A DNA stretch of 64,000 nucleotides from Candidatus Pacearchaeota archaeon (GCA_038895375.1 JAWANM010000002.1:1447-65446); one strand, 5' to 3'; shown: positions 26,976-37,445, counted from the first letter of the stretch. Notes: generated by a model not told the origin, from the letters alone. Program-made: numbers and translations.

Positions 26976-28100
26976 TCAAAACTGTACCAACGAGGAAAGT
27001 CTTTTCAGAGCAAGCAATTTTTCCTTTTTTCCTATTTTAGCATTATCGATAGCGTCTTTCAATATAGTTATTGATTTATCATATTGTTTTTTATTTACTG
27101 GGTAAGGCCATCCGTCTTTTCCGCCGTGAGCAAAAGCAAACTTACAAGGATCACGCCAAGAAAGCTCAGAACCATAAATTAAATTGCTCAACAACGCAAG
27201 TGCACGAATCGTTGAAGGACCTAGGCCCTGAATTAGCAATAGTTCCTCGTAACTTTCAGGTTGTTCTTGATATGCTTTTTCCAAAGCTTTTAAATTTATT
27301 TTAAAATTTTTTATTTTTGGAAAATGCTCGTATGGCATTGAAAAAGAAGCAAAAGCTGATCCAAAACAATCGAGAGTTTTTTGATATTTCTTTTGATTTT
27401 TATATATTTTTTTCAATTCTTTTTTAATTAAAGAAGGTTTTTCTCTTGCCAACTCGACGCTTGCTTTTCTTGCTTCTTCTGCTTCATAGGCTATCATGTT
27501 AAGAGGTTTAACTTTTATATCGCAAGCGATTGCAACATGAGGTTCTCTAACAAAATCTAGTTCTTCGTAGGAAAGCCAATGATACCTTCTAGCCCAATCT
27601 TGATTCATTCCTTGTTGTATTACAGCCCAAGAGCCGCGCGAGGTGAAAACAAAAGAATGATGATAAAGAGTAAAGCCGTCTTGTAAAGCTGCGTTGTCCA
27701 CTTTTGCAGCAAGTCTGCTCGCTCTAACGAGCTCTTCTACTTTTTTATCTTTGATATTGATTTTTTCCGCTTCTGTTTTTATCTCTTCGGGTGTCTTTCT
27801 TGATATTTTTCCTTTGCCGCCACAAAAAACAATTTCCTTAGCAAGATCGCTTGTTCTCAAAGCTTCTTTAAGCGCAGCGCAGAGAGTTGTTGTAATGCCT
27901 GAAGAATGAAAATCAAAACCAACAGCACACCCAAAAGACTGAAAAAAGTAAGGATCTGAAAGTCTCTTCAAAAATCCCTCAGGTCCGTATTCATCCACAA
28001 TAATTTCGCTTATGCTTCTAGACAATTGAACCATTCTCTGAAAAAGCCATCTCGGGCAATTTCCATAATGCAAGGGCAAATCTACAGTACCTGTTTTCAT
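26976..28100 (-). CDS. conserved archaeal hypothetical protein (DUF763-like by memory of the N-terminal LPLH.G.CP.WL motif)
   Basis: MKTGTVDLPLHYGNCPRWLF...; 374 aa. Confidence 0.45.
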   Translation of the reverse strand: MKTGTVDLPLHYGNCPRWLFQRMVQLSRSISEIIVDEYGPEGFLKRLSDPYFFQSFGCAVGFDFHSSGITTTLCAALKEALRTSDLAKEIVFCGGKGKISRKTPEEIKTEAEKINIKDKKVEELVRASRLAAKVDNAALQDGFTLYHHSFVFTSRGSWAVIQQGMNQDWARRYHWLSYEELDFVREPHVAIACDIKVKPLNMIAYEAEEARKASVELAREKPSLIKKELKKIYKNQKKYQKTLDCFGSAFASFSMPYEHFPKIKNFKINLKALEKAYQEQPESYEELLLIQGLGPSTIRALALLSNLIYGSELSWRDPCKFAFAHGGKDGWPYPVNKKQYDKSITILKDAIDNAKIGKKEKLLALKRLSSLVQF

Positions 28101-28222
28101 TCAATATTCAATGCGATTATTGTTTATATTTTTTCTGGTATTTTTAAAAAGATTCGTTAAAACAAATAAAAAAAGAAGAAAATTTTAAAAACTTAGAGCA
28201 GCATTAAAAACAAAAAGAGAAA

Positions 28223-28567
28223 ATGAGGCATATAAGAATAATACTTGCTATAATTATTATTTTCGCACTTCTTGCTGCAGGAACCATACAATTTCATTTT
28301 GCTGAAAATTGGTCCTGGATAGATTCTTTTTATTTTACCGGTGCTACCATTACAACAATAGGCTACGGCGATATAACTCCGACAAAGCCTCTAACAAAAA
28401 TTTTTACAGTTGTTTATGCTATAATCGCCATCGGAACTTTTTTATTTGCAATATCTGAAATAAGCGAAGAAATTTTAAGGAGAAGGTTTGAAAATATGTT
28501 TAATTTTTTAAAGAGTCGTATTAAAAAAAATCAAAAAACTTTAGCTTTTATAAAAAGAAAAGTTTAA
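28223..28567 (+). CDS. minimal two-TM potassium channel (KcsA-like pore)
   Basis: Selectivity filter TTIGYGD flanked by two TM helices; 114 aa. Confidence 0.7.
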   Translation: MRHIRIILAIIIIFALLAAGTIQFHFAENWSWIDSFYFTGATITTIGYGDITPTKPLTKIFTVVYAIIAIGTFLFAISEISEEILRRRFENMFNFLKSRIKKNQKTLAFIKRKV

Positions 28568-28591
28568 ATTTTTAGTTCCTCTCGTTCTAAA

Positions 28592-31057
28592 ATGGAAAAA
28601 ATCGACTTTCAAGCTATTGAAAGAAAATGGCAAAAAGAATGGGAAAAGAGTAAAATCTTTGAAGTAAAAGAAGATAAAACAAAGAAAAAGTTCTATGTTC
28701 TCGAGATGTTTCCTTATCCTAGCGGTGAAGGCCTGCACATGGGTCATGCTTTTAATTACGTATTGACTGATATTTTTGCCAGATTCAAAAGAATGCAGGG
28801 TTTCAATGTTCTTTATCCTGTAGGTTATGACTCTCTCGGTTTGCCAGCAGAAAATGCCGCAATAAAACAAAAAGTTCATCCTAGAGAATATACAGAAAAA
28901 GCAATCGCTAATTTTATTCGACAACAAAAAGAGCTTGGTTTAAGTTATGACTGGTCTAGATTGATTAAAACTCACGATCCTAGTTATTACAAATGGGATC
29001 AATGGATTTTTTTACAGATGTTCAAAAAAGGACTCGCATATAGAAAAAAAGCTTCTGTAAACTGGTGCCCAAAATGTCAAAGTGTTTTGGCCAATGAACA
29101 AGTCCACAATGGAAAGTGCTGGCGACATAAAGACACGAATGTTGAGATCAAGCATCTTGAGCAGTGGTTTTTGAAAATTACAGATTATGCTTCAGAACTT
29201 TATGATAGTATTGACAAGCTAGAATGGCCAGAAGATGTTAAGTTGATGCAAAAAAACTGGATCGGAAAAAGTTATGGAATAGAAATAGATTTTATTGTTA
29301 ACGGAAAAAAATGGCCTGTATTTACAACAAGACCCGATACAATATATGGTGTTACTTTTATGGTTATTAGCGCCCAGCATCCACGACTCATGGAAATCGT
29401 AACGGAAAAACAAAAACCAAAAGTTAAAAAATTTTTGAAAAAAATAAAATCGGTTTCTGAAAAAGAATTAAAAAGCATGGAAAAAGAAGGCGTTTTTACT
29501 GGGAGCTATGCTGAAAATCCATTAACAAAAGAAAAAGTTCCTATTTATGCAGGTAATTTTGTCATTGCAGAATATGGCTCTGGTATGGTTATGGCTGTTC
29601 CTGCTCACGATCAGCGTGATTTCGAGTTTGCAAAAAAATACAAATTGCCGATAAAAATCGTCATACAGCCGAAAGATGTAGAGCTGAAAGCAGAGGAAAT
29701 GAAAGAAGCCTATACTGGAGAAGGCATTCTTGTTAACTCCGGAAAATTTTCTGGATTAGAAAGTAGAAAAGCAATCGAAGTGATTTCCGATTTTATTGAA
29801 AGCAAAAAGCTCGGAAGAAGAAAAGTCAACTACAAGTTAAAAGACTGGTTAATAAGCAGACAAAGATACTGGGGAACGCCAATTCCAATAATTTATTGCA
29901 AAAAATGCGGTATTGTGCCAGTGCCAGAAGATCAACTTCCAGTCGAGTTGCCAGAAAAAGTAAAATTCGGAAAAGGAAATCCTCTTGCAACCAACAAAGA
30001 GTTCATAAATGCAAGATGTCCAAAATGCAACGGAAATGCTAAAAGAGAAACAGATACTATGGACACGTTTGTTAATTCTAGTTGGTACTTCTTAAGATAT
30101 TGCGATCCTCATAACAATAAAGAAATTTTTGATAAAAAGAAAGTCGCTTATTGGATGCCTATTGACATTTATATCGGAGGCAAAGAGCATGCTTGTATGC
30201 ATCTTATTTATTTCAGATTCTATACAAAATTTCTTCGTGATCTTGGATTGCTCAAAATAGATGAACCTGCCATCAAACTTTTCAATCAAGGAATGCTTCA
30301 TGGAGCAGACGGCCATGTAATGTCGAAATCGAGAGGAAATGTTGTATTGCCAGAAGAAATAAGCAAAAAATATGGAATCGATACTGCTCGTTTATTCTTA
30401 GTTTCTCAAGCAAGTCCAGACAAGGATATTTTATGGAGCGAAAGAGGTATTGAAGGGACTTTCAGATTTATCAAAAAAGTATTCGATTATTTTTCAAATT
30501 TTAAAGCAGAAAATAGAAAAATAAGCGAGAAGTTAGAAAGCAAGTTGCACAAAACAATAAAAGAAGTAACCGAAGATATTGAAGCGCTCAGATATAATTT
30601 TGCTGTAATCAAATTAAGAACCTTTTTCGAATATTTTTCAAAAGAAACTATAAACAAAGAAATCGCCGAAACTTTTCTAAAGCTTTTAAGTCCTTTCTGT
30701 CCGCATATAGCTGAAGAGCTTTGGCACAAACTTGGAAATAAAAATTTCATCAGCATTGAGCAATGGCCAAAAGCCGATGAAAAAAAGATAAATTTGGATT
30801 TTGAAAAACAAGAAGAGCAACAAAAAAGGCTTGTAGAAGATATTCGTGAAATAATAAAAATTATCAATAAAAAACCACAGAAAATTTTCATTTATTGCGT
30901 GCCGAAAGAATTAGAATTGTATAGTCAAGCTATAGAAGAGCTGAAAAAAATATTTGCTTCAGAAGTTGAAATTCAAGCAAACAATAAAGTAACTTATGAT
31001 CCTCAAAATAAGGCAAGCAAAGCAAAGCCAGGGAAACCTGCAATTTATATAGAATAA
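28592..31057 (+). CDS. leuS: leucyl-tRNA synthetase, bacterial-type architecture
   Basis: FPYPSGEGLHMGHAFNY...RFKRMQGFNVLYPVGYDSLGLPAENAAIK matches the bacterial LeuRS pattern (P.GwDaFGLPAE.AA.K) rather than the archaeal one. KMSKS motif present as VMSKSRGN. 821 aa. Confidence 0.93.
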   Translation: MEKIDFQAIERKWQKEWEKSKIFEVKEDKTKKKFYVLEMFPYPSGEGLHMGHAFNYVLTDIFARFKRMQGFNVLYPVGYDSLGLPAENAAIKQKVHPREYTEKAIANFIRQQKELGLSYDWSRLIKTHDPSYYKWDQWIFLQMFKKGLAYRKKASVNWCPKCQSVLANEQVHNGKCWRHKDTNVEIKHLEQWFLKITDYASELYDSIDKLEWPEDVKLMQKNWIGKSYGIEIDFIVNGKKWPVFTTRPDTIYGVTFMVISAQHPRLMEIVTEKQKPKVKKFLKKIKSVSEKELKSMEKEGVFTGSYAENPLTKEKVPIYAGNFVIAEYGSGMVMAVPAHDQRDFEFAKKYKLPIKIVIQPKDVELKAEEMKEAYTGEGILVNSGKFSGLESRKAIEVISDFIESKKLGRRKVNYKLKDWLISRQRYWGTPIPIIYCKKCGIVPVPEDQLPVELPEKVKFGKGNPLATNKEFINARCPKCNGNAKRETDTMDTFVNSSWYFLRYCDPHNNKEIFDKKKVAYWMPIDIYIGGKEHACMHLIYFRFYTKFLRDLGLLKIDEPAIKLFNQGMLHGADGHVMSKSRGNVVLPEEISKKYGIDTARLFLVSQASPDKDILWSERGIEGTFRFIKKVFDYFSNFKAENRKISEKLESKLHKTIKEVTEDIEALRYNFAVIKLRTFFEYFSKETINKEIAETFLKLLSPFCPHIAEELWHKLGNKNFISIEQWPKADEKKINLDFEKQEEQQKRLVEDIREIIKIINKKPQKIFIYCVPKELELYSQAIEELKKIFASEVEIQANNKVTYDPQNKASKAKPGKPAIYIE

Positions 31058-31109
31058 AGTCTACCGATAGTTTTAAAAATCTAAAATTTTTTTCGATTTG
31101 TTCTGAAAA

Positions 31110-31346
31110 ATGTATTATTTAAAAATAATTGGTCAAGATTACAGAAACATAGAACTTCAAATCGGAAGGACTCTTTCTTTTGTAAAAGATTTTTTGTACT
31201 ATCTTAATAAAGGGACAACTCCTTTTTTCAAGAAAGCTGAGCTAATAGCAGAAAAAAATGGGAAAAGAATAAAAATCTGTGAAATTAGTAAAAAAGAAAA
31301 AATTAAAAATATAGAAGAAATAATCAATAAACTAAATGAAAAGTGA
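31110..31346 (+). CDS. hypothetical small protein
   Basis: ORF only. Confidence 0.25.
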   Translation: MYYLKIIGQDYRNIELQIGRTLSFVKDFLYYLNKGTTPFFKKAELIAEKNGKRIKICEISKKEKIKNIEEIINKLNEK

Positions 31347-31620
31347 AGTTAAAATGGTCAAAGAAGACAACGTAAAATTAATAATGATGACTGCTGTCTC
31401 TAAAGCTCTTGATTATAAAAAGAAAAAGCCAAATGCAGAAAACGAGGAAATTTTTCAACACATCATGAAGGAAATCAAAGCAACAGGAAAAGCGAAAACA
31501 GCGGCCATAGCTGCTGTAAACAAAGCATTGCAATACGGAGAAATTGAGAAAAAAAGTGAAAAAGAAATTCTTCAGCATGTAATGAAAGAATTGGACAAAA
31601 TAATAAAAAGCATAGAGTGA
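31336..31620 (+). CDS. hypothetical small protein with internal ~35-aa duplication
   Basis: TAVSKALDYKKKKPNAENEEIFQHIMKEI and AAVNKALQYGEIEKKSEKEILQHVMKEL are related. Confidence 0.35.
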   Translation: MKSEVKMVKEDNVKLIMMTAVSKALDYKKKKPNAENEEIFQHIMKEIKATGKAKTAAIAAVNKALQYGEIEKKSEKEILQHVMKELDKIIKSIE

Positions 31621-31797
31621 AAAACAAGTTAAGGTTTACTTTATTGTAATGCATTACAATATAATTTAAAAAGTTTAAATCCATTATTGTTTCATGAGAA
31701 CACGAGAGATTATAATTGCTTTGATAATTCTTGCAATAATTTTATTAATAATTTTACTGTTTGCTGCAGGCGTACAGCTAGGAATAACGGGTAGCCT

Positions 31798-33567
31798 TTA
31801 ACTTTCTAAAATAGCTTTTATTCTTCTGATTCCTGCTGCAACAGCCTCTTCTTTAATAATTTTAAAATGTCCCAAAACTTTGGTATTTGAAACGTGCGGG
31901 CCGGCACAAATTTCTATACTGAAAGGCTTTTCATTCCCTATAATATAAACAGAAACTTTTTCAGGATATCTTTCCTTGAAAACAGCCTGGGCTCCCATTT
32001 TCAATGCTTTTTCTAAAGGCATAATCTCTTTTCTTACTTCCAAACCTTCAGAGATTTTTTTATTTACAAGGTCTTCGATTTTTTTAAGTTCCTCTTCGGT
32101 TAGTTTTCTAGGGAAATTGAAATCGAATCTCAAACGTTCCGGTGTTATGTTCGAACCACATTGCTGAATTTCTTTACCCAACACTTCTCTAAGTGCCTGA
32201 TTGAGCAGATGAGTTGCAGTATGCAATTTTGTCGTAGCTTCTGAGTTATCTGCCAAGCCAGATTTAAACTTGCCTTGTGTAGCTTGCCTGCTCAACTCTT
32301 GATGTTTTTTGAACATTAAATAAAATTTTTCCTCATCTACTTTCATGCCTCTTTCTTTGGCAAGTTCTTTCGTTATTTCAAAAGGAAATCCATAGGATTG
32401 ATACAAAAAGAAGGCGTCTTTGCCAGAAATAGCTTTCTTACCCTTGGCTAGTTCTTCGAATTTTTTGAGTCCTTGTTCGAGAACTTTAGAAAATTTTTCT
32501 TCTTCTTTTTCTATCTCTGTAAGGATGAACTCCTCATTGCTCTTAAGTTCGGGATAATCTTTATAATAGTCTATGAAAAGTTTTGCTATTCTTCTACCTA
32601 TTTTTCCTTCTATGCCTAGCTGTTTTTTGTATCTTATTGCACGTCTTATTAGCCTGCGCAAAACATAACCTTGTTCGACATTACTCGGTTGAATTTTTTC
32701 TGCAAGTATGAATACCGCTGCTCTCAAATGATCTGCAATTATCCTCATAGCTCTCGTATGTTCTAAATTGAAACCGTATTTTTTACTTGACAAGTACTCA
32801 AGTTCTTTGATTACCGGTAAAAAAATTTCTGTCATATAATCGTCTTTTATTCCCTGCAAGCAAGCAAGAACGCGTTCTACACCCATTCCAGTATCTACAA
32901 CTTTCCTTTCCATAGGCTTGAAATTTCCTCGTTCATCTTTTATGTATTGAATAAAAACATCGTTCCAAATTTCGCACCATTCGTTTTCTTGTGTTGCAGG
33001 CGTGCTTTTTGGTTTGCCTTTGCCAACATAACAATACATTTCTGTATCGGGTCCGCAAGGCCCTTGCTTGCCAACAGGACCCCACCAATTCTTGTCTTTA
33101 CCAAAAAAAACTATTCTTTCTTTCGGAATTCCAAGAGATTGCCATATTTTTGCTGCTTCTTCATCGCGTGGAGCATCTTCATCGCCTGCAAAGCACGAAA
33201 CAGCCAACTTTGCTAATGGAATTTTCAAAACTTGCGTTAAAAATTCAAAACTCATTCTTATAGCTTCTTGCTTCCAATAATCTCCCAAAGACCAATTGCC
33301 AAGCATTTCAAAAAAAGTGTGATGAAAAGCATTTCCAACAAGCTCTATATCGTCTGTTCTAAGACATCTCTGTACTGAAACAAGTCTTTTTCCTAGAGGA
33401 TGTTCTTGGCCCAAAATAAAAGGCACCAAAGGATGCATTCCGGCTGTTATAAACAAACAAGTAGGATCGTTTTCTGGTATAAGACTTACATTTGGCAAAA
33501 CAGCATGCTTTTTTAGTTTGAAAAAAGTTAAATAGCTATCGATCAATTCTTTTCTCGTAATTTTCAT
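31798..33567 (-). CDS. alaS: alanyl-tRNA synthetase, compact form (catalytic plus editing domains, no C-terminal C-Ala domain)
   Basis: DPTCLFITAGM, HHTFFEMLGNWSLGDYWK, editing-domain HTATHLL and CAGPHV zinc motifs. 589 aa. Confidence 0.88.
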   Translation of the reverse strand: MKITRKELIDSYLTFFKLKKHAVLPNVSLIPENDPTCLFITAGMHPLVPFILGQEHPLGKRLVSVQRCLRTDDIELVGNAFHHTFFEMLGNWSLGDYWKQEAIRMSFEFLTQVLKIPLAKLAVSCFAGDEDAPRDEEAAKIWQSLGIPKERIVFFGKDKNWWGPVGKQGPCGPDTEMYCYVGKGKPKSTPATQENEWCEIWNDVFIQYIKDERGNFKPMERKVVDTGMGVERVLACLQGIKDDYMTEIFLPVIKELEYLSSKKYGFNLEHTRAMRIIADHLRAAVFILAEKIQPSNVEQGYVLRRLIRRAIRYKKQLGIEGKIGRRIAKLFIDYYKDYPELKSNEEFILTEIEKEEEKFSKVLEQGLKKFEELAKGKKAISGKDAFFLYQSYGFPFEITKELAKERGMKVDEEKFYLMFKKHQELSRQATQGKFKSGLADNSEATTKLHTATHLLNQALREVLGKEIQQCGSNITPERLRFDFNFPRKLTEEELKKIEDLVNKKISEGLEVRKEIMPLEKALKMGAQAVFKERYPEKVSVYIIGNEKPFSIEICAGPHVSNTKVLGHFKIIKEEAVAAGIRRIKAILES

Positions 33568-33688
33568 ACTTTACTTTACTGCTATAAAGTTTTTAAATTT
33601 TTCATGAATGTGCTACCATAAGCAATAAAAATAAGTGACTACTTGAAAGTAAAGAAAAATTTATAAACCATGGAAAATTTGAAAGAAA

Positions 33689-34033
33689 ATGAACAACCAA
33701 AGCTGCAAGACTATTGAAGTGTATAGCACGCAAGATATGCAAACAGTAAAATACGAATACTGTTTATCCAAATTAGCGAGAGAAAATACATTCATGCTTT
33801 ATGTTAGAAATGCCAGTAAAGAATTGATTGGATCGGCTTATATAGAATCTACCAAAAGTATGGAAGAAATTTTGTCTTCTATATCTGAAGAGTTCATCAA
33901 AGAAGTAGTGAATGAGTGTCAAGAAAAGTGGAAAGAAAAAATTGCAACAGCAGTAATACCATCCGGAAGCTATATTCCTTGCTATATTCATAATTCAAAC
34001 AAGTTCCAAAGACAAATTTTAGAGCAGGAATGA
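33689..34033 (+). CDS. hypothetical protein
   Basis: ORF only. Confidence 0.35.
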   Translation: MNNQSCKTIEVYSTQDMQTVKYEYCLSKLARENTFMLYVRNASKELIGSAYIESTKSMEEILSSISEEFIKEVVNECQEKWKEKIATAVIPSGSYIPCYIHNSNKFQRQILEQE

Positions 34034-34042
34034 GTTGCTTTA

Positions 34043-34720
34043 TTACACGACGATTATTTTTCCTTTTCTTCCTACGTTTATTATTCTAGTTTTTCCTATT
34101 TTCTCTTCTATTCCCTCGGCTTCATGCACATGCGAGCAAATTGTTATGTCTGGTTGAAATTTTTGAATCGCTTTTCTTACGCCGGTACTTCCCTTGATAA
34201 TAGGAACGCTTAGCTTTGCCATCAATGTTTTCGAAGGATGAGAATGGCTTACCATGATTTTTTTGCTCGCTTTTTTTACTTTTTCAAATCCTTTACGCAA
34301 GGCTTCATAAATTTCTTCATCGCTCGTAAAAACAGGGCCTACCGGAGCGCCTCCGGCACCAAAAATTCCGACATCTTTTTTAATTATTCCATCGCCGTGA
34401 ATATTTTTAACATAGGGTTTATACAAACTTGCGAGAAAATTTACGGTCGCTATATTTTCATGATTTCCTGGCACTATAAGAACTTCAAGACGTCTTTTGG
34501 CAAAAGGTCCTACAAGATAGTCGATACTCGACTCGGCAAAAGTTAAATCGCCTGCAAGAATGACAAGATCTACTTTTTCTTTGAGAGCTTTTTCTGCAAG
34601 TTTTTCTGCCCGCTTCGAATCGCCGTGCAGATCGCCGACTGCAAGTATTTTCAGTTTCTCTTCTGTTTTTTTATTTTTTACTTTTTTTTCCATTCTTTTC
34701 GACATTTTTCCATGCAACAA
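34043..34720 (-). CDS. calcineurin-like metallophosphoesterase
   Basis: GDLHGD, GDLT, GNHE motifs. Confidence 0.8.
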   Translation of the reverse strand: MLHGKMSKRMEKKVKNKKTEEKLKILAVGDLHGDSKRAEKLAEKALKEKVDLVILAGDLTFAESSIDYLVGPFAKRRLEVLIVPGNHENIATVNFLASLYKPYVKNIHGDGIIKKDVGIFGAGGAPVGPVFTSDEEIYEALRKGFEKVKKASKKIMVSHSHPSKTLMAKLSVPIIKGSTGVRKAIQKFQPDITICSHVHEAEGIEEKIGKTRIINVGRKGKIIVV

Positions 34721-35126
34721 ATCCCAAAATTACTAAATAAGCAATAAGAGCAAAAAAAGAAACAAACGGAATTGTTATGCCTATTAACACAAGACTCAAT
34801 TCACCAGGATATTTCCTAAGTTCAAAAATTTTCCAGGTCCAAATTATTAAAAAAACAAAGCCCGCAAATGGGACGAAAAACATAAAACCCCATGCCCAAT
34901 GCTTTTTTGCAAGAATCGGTATTAAAAATATGTTTGCTACTGGAATCCAAGCAAGCCATGGCTTGTCGTATTTTAATTTTTTTGCTATTTCCATAAAAGC
35001 AAAGGCTGTGTAAACATAAAGCGCGATCGCAAAAAAAATTAAAAATATAGCTAAAGCGAATACGAAAGGAACAAACCAATCAAGAGTCTCGATTGCTTTT
35101 CCTATCAAGCTAAAAAAAATTTTCAT
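34671..35126 (-). CDS. hypothetical membrane protein (4 TM)
   Basis: Hydrophobic ORF immediately upstream of serS. Confidence 0.4.
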   Translation of the reverse strand: MKIFFSLIGKAIETLDWFVPFVFALAIFLIFFAIALYVYTAFAFMEIAKKLKYDKPWLAWIPVANIFLIPILAKKHWAWGFMFFVPFAGFVFLIIWTWKIFELRKYPGELSLVLIGITIPFVSFFALIAYLVILGFVAWKNVEKNGKKSKK

Positions 35127-35127
35127 T

Positions 35128-36360
35128 TTAAATTTTTTTAAATCCAGTATATTTTTGTAAAATTTTAGGTATCACTATACAATCTTTTTGCTGATAATTT
35201 TCAATCAACGCTATAAACAATCTGCCTATACCCAAACAAGTTCCGTTCAAGGTATGAACAAACTTCCTTTTGCCTTTTTCTTCATAAAAAATACGGGCTC
35301 TTCTGGCTTGATAGTCCAAACAATTAGAACAAGAAGAAACCTCAAGCCAGCCCGTTTTAGGAGAAAAAACCTCGATGTCATAAGTGATGCTTGCTTGTGC
35401 AGCTATTTCCCACGGAGGCAAGAGTTTAATCCTGAAAGGCAAATTCAAAAGTTTTAAAGGCTCGGAAGCATCTCGAACCATTTTTTTCAACTCCTCGTTA
35501 CTTGTTTCTTGCTTGGTAAACTTGAATAGCTCGACCTCGTCGAATTGATGCGTTCTTATCAGGCCTTTTGTTGCTCCTTTTTCTGTTCTGAAGCTTGGTG
35601 TATAGGCTGTAAAGTTCAAAGGCAATTCTTCAGCCTTGATTGTTTTTCCAGCATACAAATTTAACAAGGCAGCTTCTTCTGTAGGGCTTAAATAAAAATT
35701 ATCTCGTGTAACATACATTCCTTCCTTAAACCTTGGTAAATGAGCTGAATTTAGCACGACTTCTTCTCTAAGCAAAACCGGAAGATAAACTTCTCTATAC
35801 TTTTTTCTTGCAACATCAAGACAGAAATTTATCAAGGCCCGCATGAGAGTTGCCGCTTTATCTTTCAAAACAAAAAAACCTTCGCCGGAAATGTAAATTG
35901 CAGAATCAAAATCTATCAAACCAAAGTCGTGAAGGATTTGCAAATAATCTTTATGCTCTTCTCCTTTCTTTTCTTTTCCATACTTATGAACTATTTTTTC
36001 TTTGCTCAAGCGATAAAAAACAATATTTGGAATCAAAAGAGTAATTTCTTTAAGTTTTTGTTGCACTTCTTTAAGTTGTTCTTCAAGTTTTCTAGCGCTC
36101 CTGGCTATCTTTTTCGCTTCTTCTATTTTGTTTTTTGCTTCCTCCTTTTTCCCGGCTTTTATAAGCTTGTTAATTTCTTCTGAAACCAGATTGCGTTGAT
36201 GTCTTAAAGAATCGAGTTTTGCTTTCAGCTCACGAAATAATTTGTCTTTCTCGAGCCATTCATCCACAATTTTTGTGTTTTCTTTTCTTCTTTTTAAAGA
36301 CTCTTTAACTTTTTCTGGATGCTCACGAATTAATTTTGGATCCAACATAAATAAAATCAA
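35128..36360 (-). CDS. serS: seryl-tRNA synthetase
   Basis: N-terminal coiled-coil arm and class-II motifs (RTHQFDEVE, GLGIGRL); 410 aa. Confidence 0.9.
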   Translation of the reverse strand: MILFMLDPKLIREHPEKVKESLKRRKENTKIVDEWLEKDKLFRELKAKLDSLRHQRNLVSEEINKLIKAGKKEEAKNKIEEAKKIARSARKLEEQLKEVQQKLKEITLLIPNIVFYRLSKEKIVHKYGKEKKGEEHKDYLQILHDFGLIDFDSAIYISGEGFFVLKDKAATLMRALINFCLDVARKKYREVYLPVLLREEVVLNSAHLPRFKEGMYVTRDNFYLSPTEEAALLNLYAGKTIKAEELPLNFTAYTPSFRTEKGATKGLIRTHQFDEVELFKFTKQETSNEELKKMVRDASEPLKLLNLPFRIKLLPPWEIAAQASITYDIEVFSPKTGWLEVSSCSNCLDYQARRARIFYEEKGKRKFVHTLNGTCLGIGRLFIALIENYQQKDCIVIPKILQKYTGFKKI

Positions 36361-36395
36361 GTAAAGTAAATTTAAAAATCTTTATTTTACAAGTT

Positions 36396-36902
36396 TTATG
36401 TATAAAAATCGAGAGTGTTGTTGCCTTTGTTTTTAACAAAAATACTATAAGGAATTTCCGACGGAATAAAAACTTTAGATGTCTCTTGATTGTTGTACGT
36501 TATATTATAGTTGTAATTCAACGTTATGCTAACAAACCATTTTCCTGCTGGACTTTGTTTGGTTAAAATTGCTTTTTTTCCTCTTACAATCTTTTGACCC
36601 GGCTCGCTATAAGCATATGAAGAATCTTCAAGTTCCCATGAAATCGAGTCGTTGGAGGCGTTAATGATTAGCATGCCCCTTTTTATTAAAAACTCGACTT
36701 TCATCACAGTTCCTGGAACAAAGCTTGTCTGTTCTATTGTTTCATCAATCCTATCGAGCATTTCTACGCTTTGCTCTATTATTGCTTTATCTCTATTTTT
36801 ATCTATGACTGGCTTTACTGCTACAAGAACGAATGAAATTAAAGCAAGAGTGATTAAAGTGTATAGCACTGTAGAAACCCAAACAACCGCATGTTTAGAC
36901 AT
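36396..36902 (-). CDS. pilin-like secreted protein (class III signal peptide-like N-terminus)
   Basis: MSKHAVVWVSTVLYTLITLALISFVLVAV: positively charged start followed by a hydrophobic helix. Confidence 0.5.
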   Translation of the reverse strand: MSKHAVVWVSTVLYTLITLALISFVLVAVKPVIDKNRDKAIIEQSVEMLDRIDETIEQTSFVPGTVMKVEFLIKRGMLIINASNDSISWELEDSSYAYSEPGQKIVRGKKAILTKQSPAGKWFVSITLNYNYNITYNNQETSKVFIPSEIPYSIFVKNKGNNTLDFYT

Positions 36903-36903
36903 T

Positions 36904-37389
36904 TTAGCATTCGGTTACTATTGTCGATGAAACAACTTCGCAAAAGTATTTTTTGTCAAGAACTTTAACAATCGGAGCAACTGCAACACTCGAAGGAACA
37001 ATACCGATATCGGAATGTGTCAAGTTTATCTTATAAGTTATTTGTTCAAATTGACCAGGAAGATTTGGCTGTATTGCAGATCCTGTAATCCAATTGTATG
37101 CTTTGCCTTTTTCTATTGTTTTCGATATAGTCTTCGTTTCGTTACTAAGTTGAATAACGATTCCGACTAGCTCGAATTCTTCAGAACCTCGACCTATTCT
37201 TAAATTAAGCTCGTCGGAAGTACGACAAGCAGAAATTATTTCGAGCTTGGCTTCAGAACAAGCTTTTGCTTTGTTCATGCTTTCCTTTATCATTGGTATG
37301 ACAAACGCGACTATAAGAGCAACTGCAACAACCACTATAACTATTAACAAAACAGTTGCTATGATTGGTGCAACAGCTTTCTTTTGCAT
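36904..37389 (-). CDS. archaeal type IV pilin-like protein
   Basis: MQKKAVAPIIATVLLIVIVVVAVALI matches the archaeal pilin N-terminal signature (K/R-G/A then PVIATVLLI). Confidence 0.6.
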   Translation of the reverse strand: MQKKAVAPIIATVLLIVIVVVAVALIVAFVIPMIKESMNKAKACSEAKLEIISACRTSDELNLRIGRGSEEFELVGIVIQLSNETKTISKTIEKGKAYNWITGSAIQPNLPGQFEQITYKINLTHSDIGIVPSSVAVAPIVKVLDKKYFCEVVSSTIVTEC

Positions 37390-37445
37390 TTTTCCTCTTT
37401 TGCTATTCTATTGCTTCGGTCTTTTTATATTTTTTCTTTTTATGT

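Noticed and set aside
31694-31800. 35-aa hydrophobic ORF (MRTREIIIALIILAIILLIILLFAAGVQLGITGSL) overlapping the alaS stop.
   Set aside because: Plausible small membrane peptide but no independent support; left unannotated.
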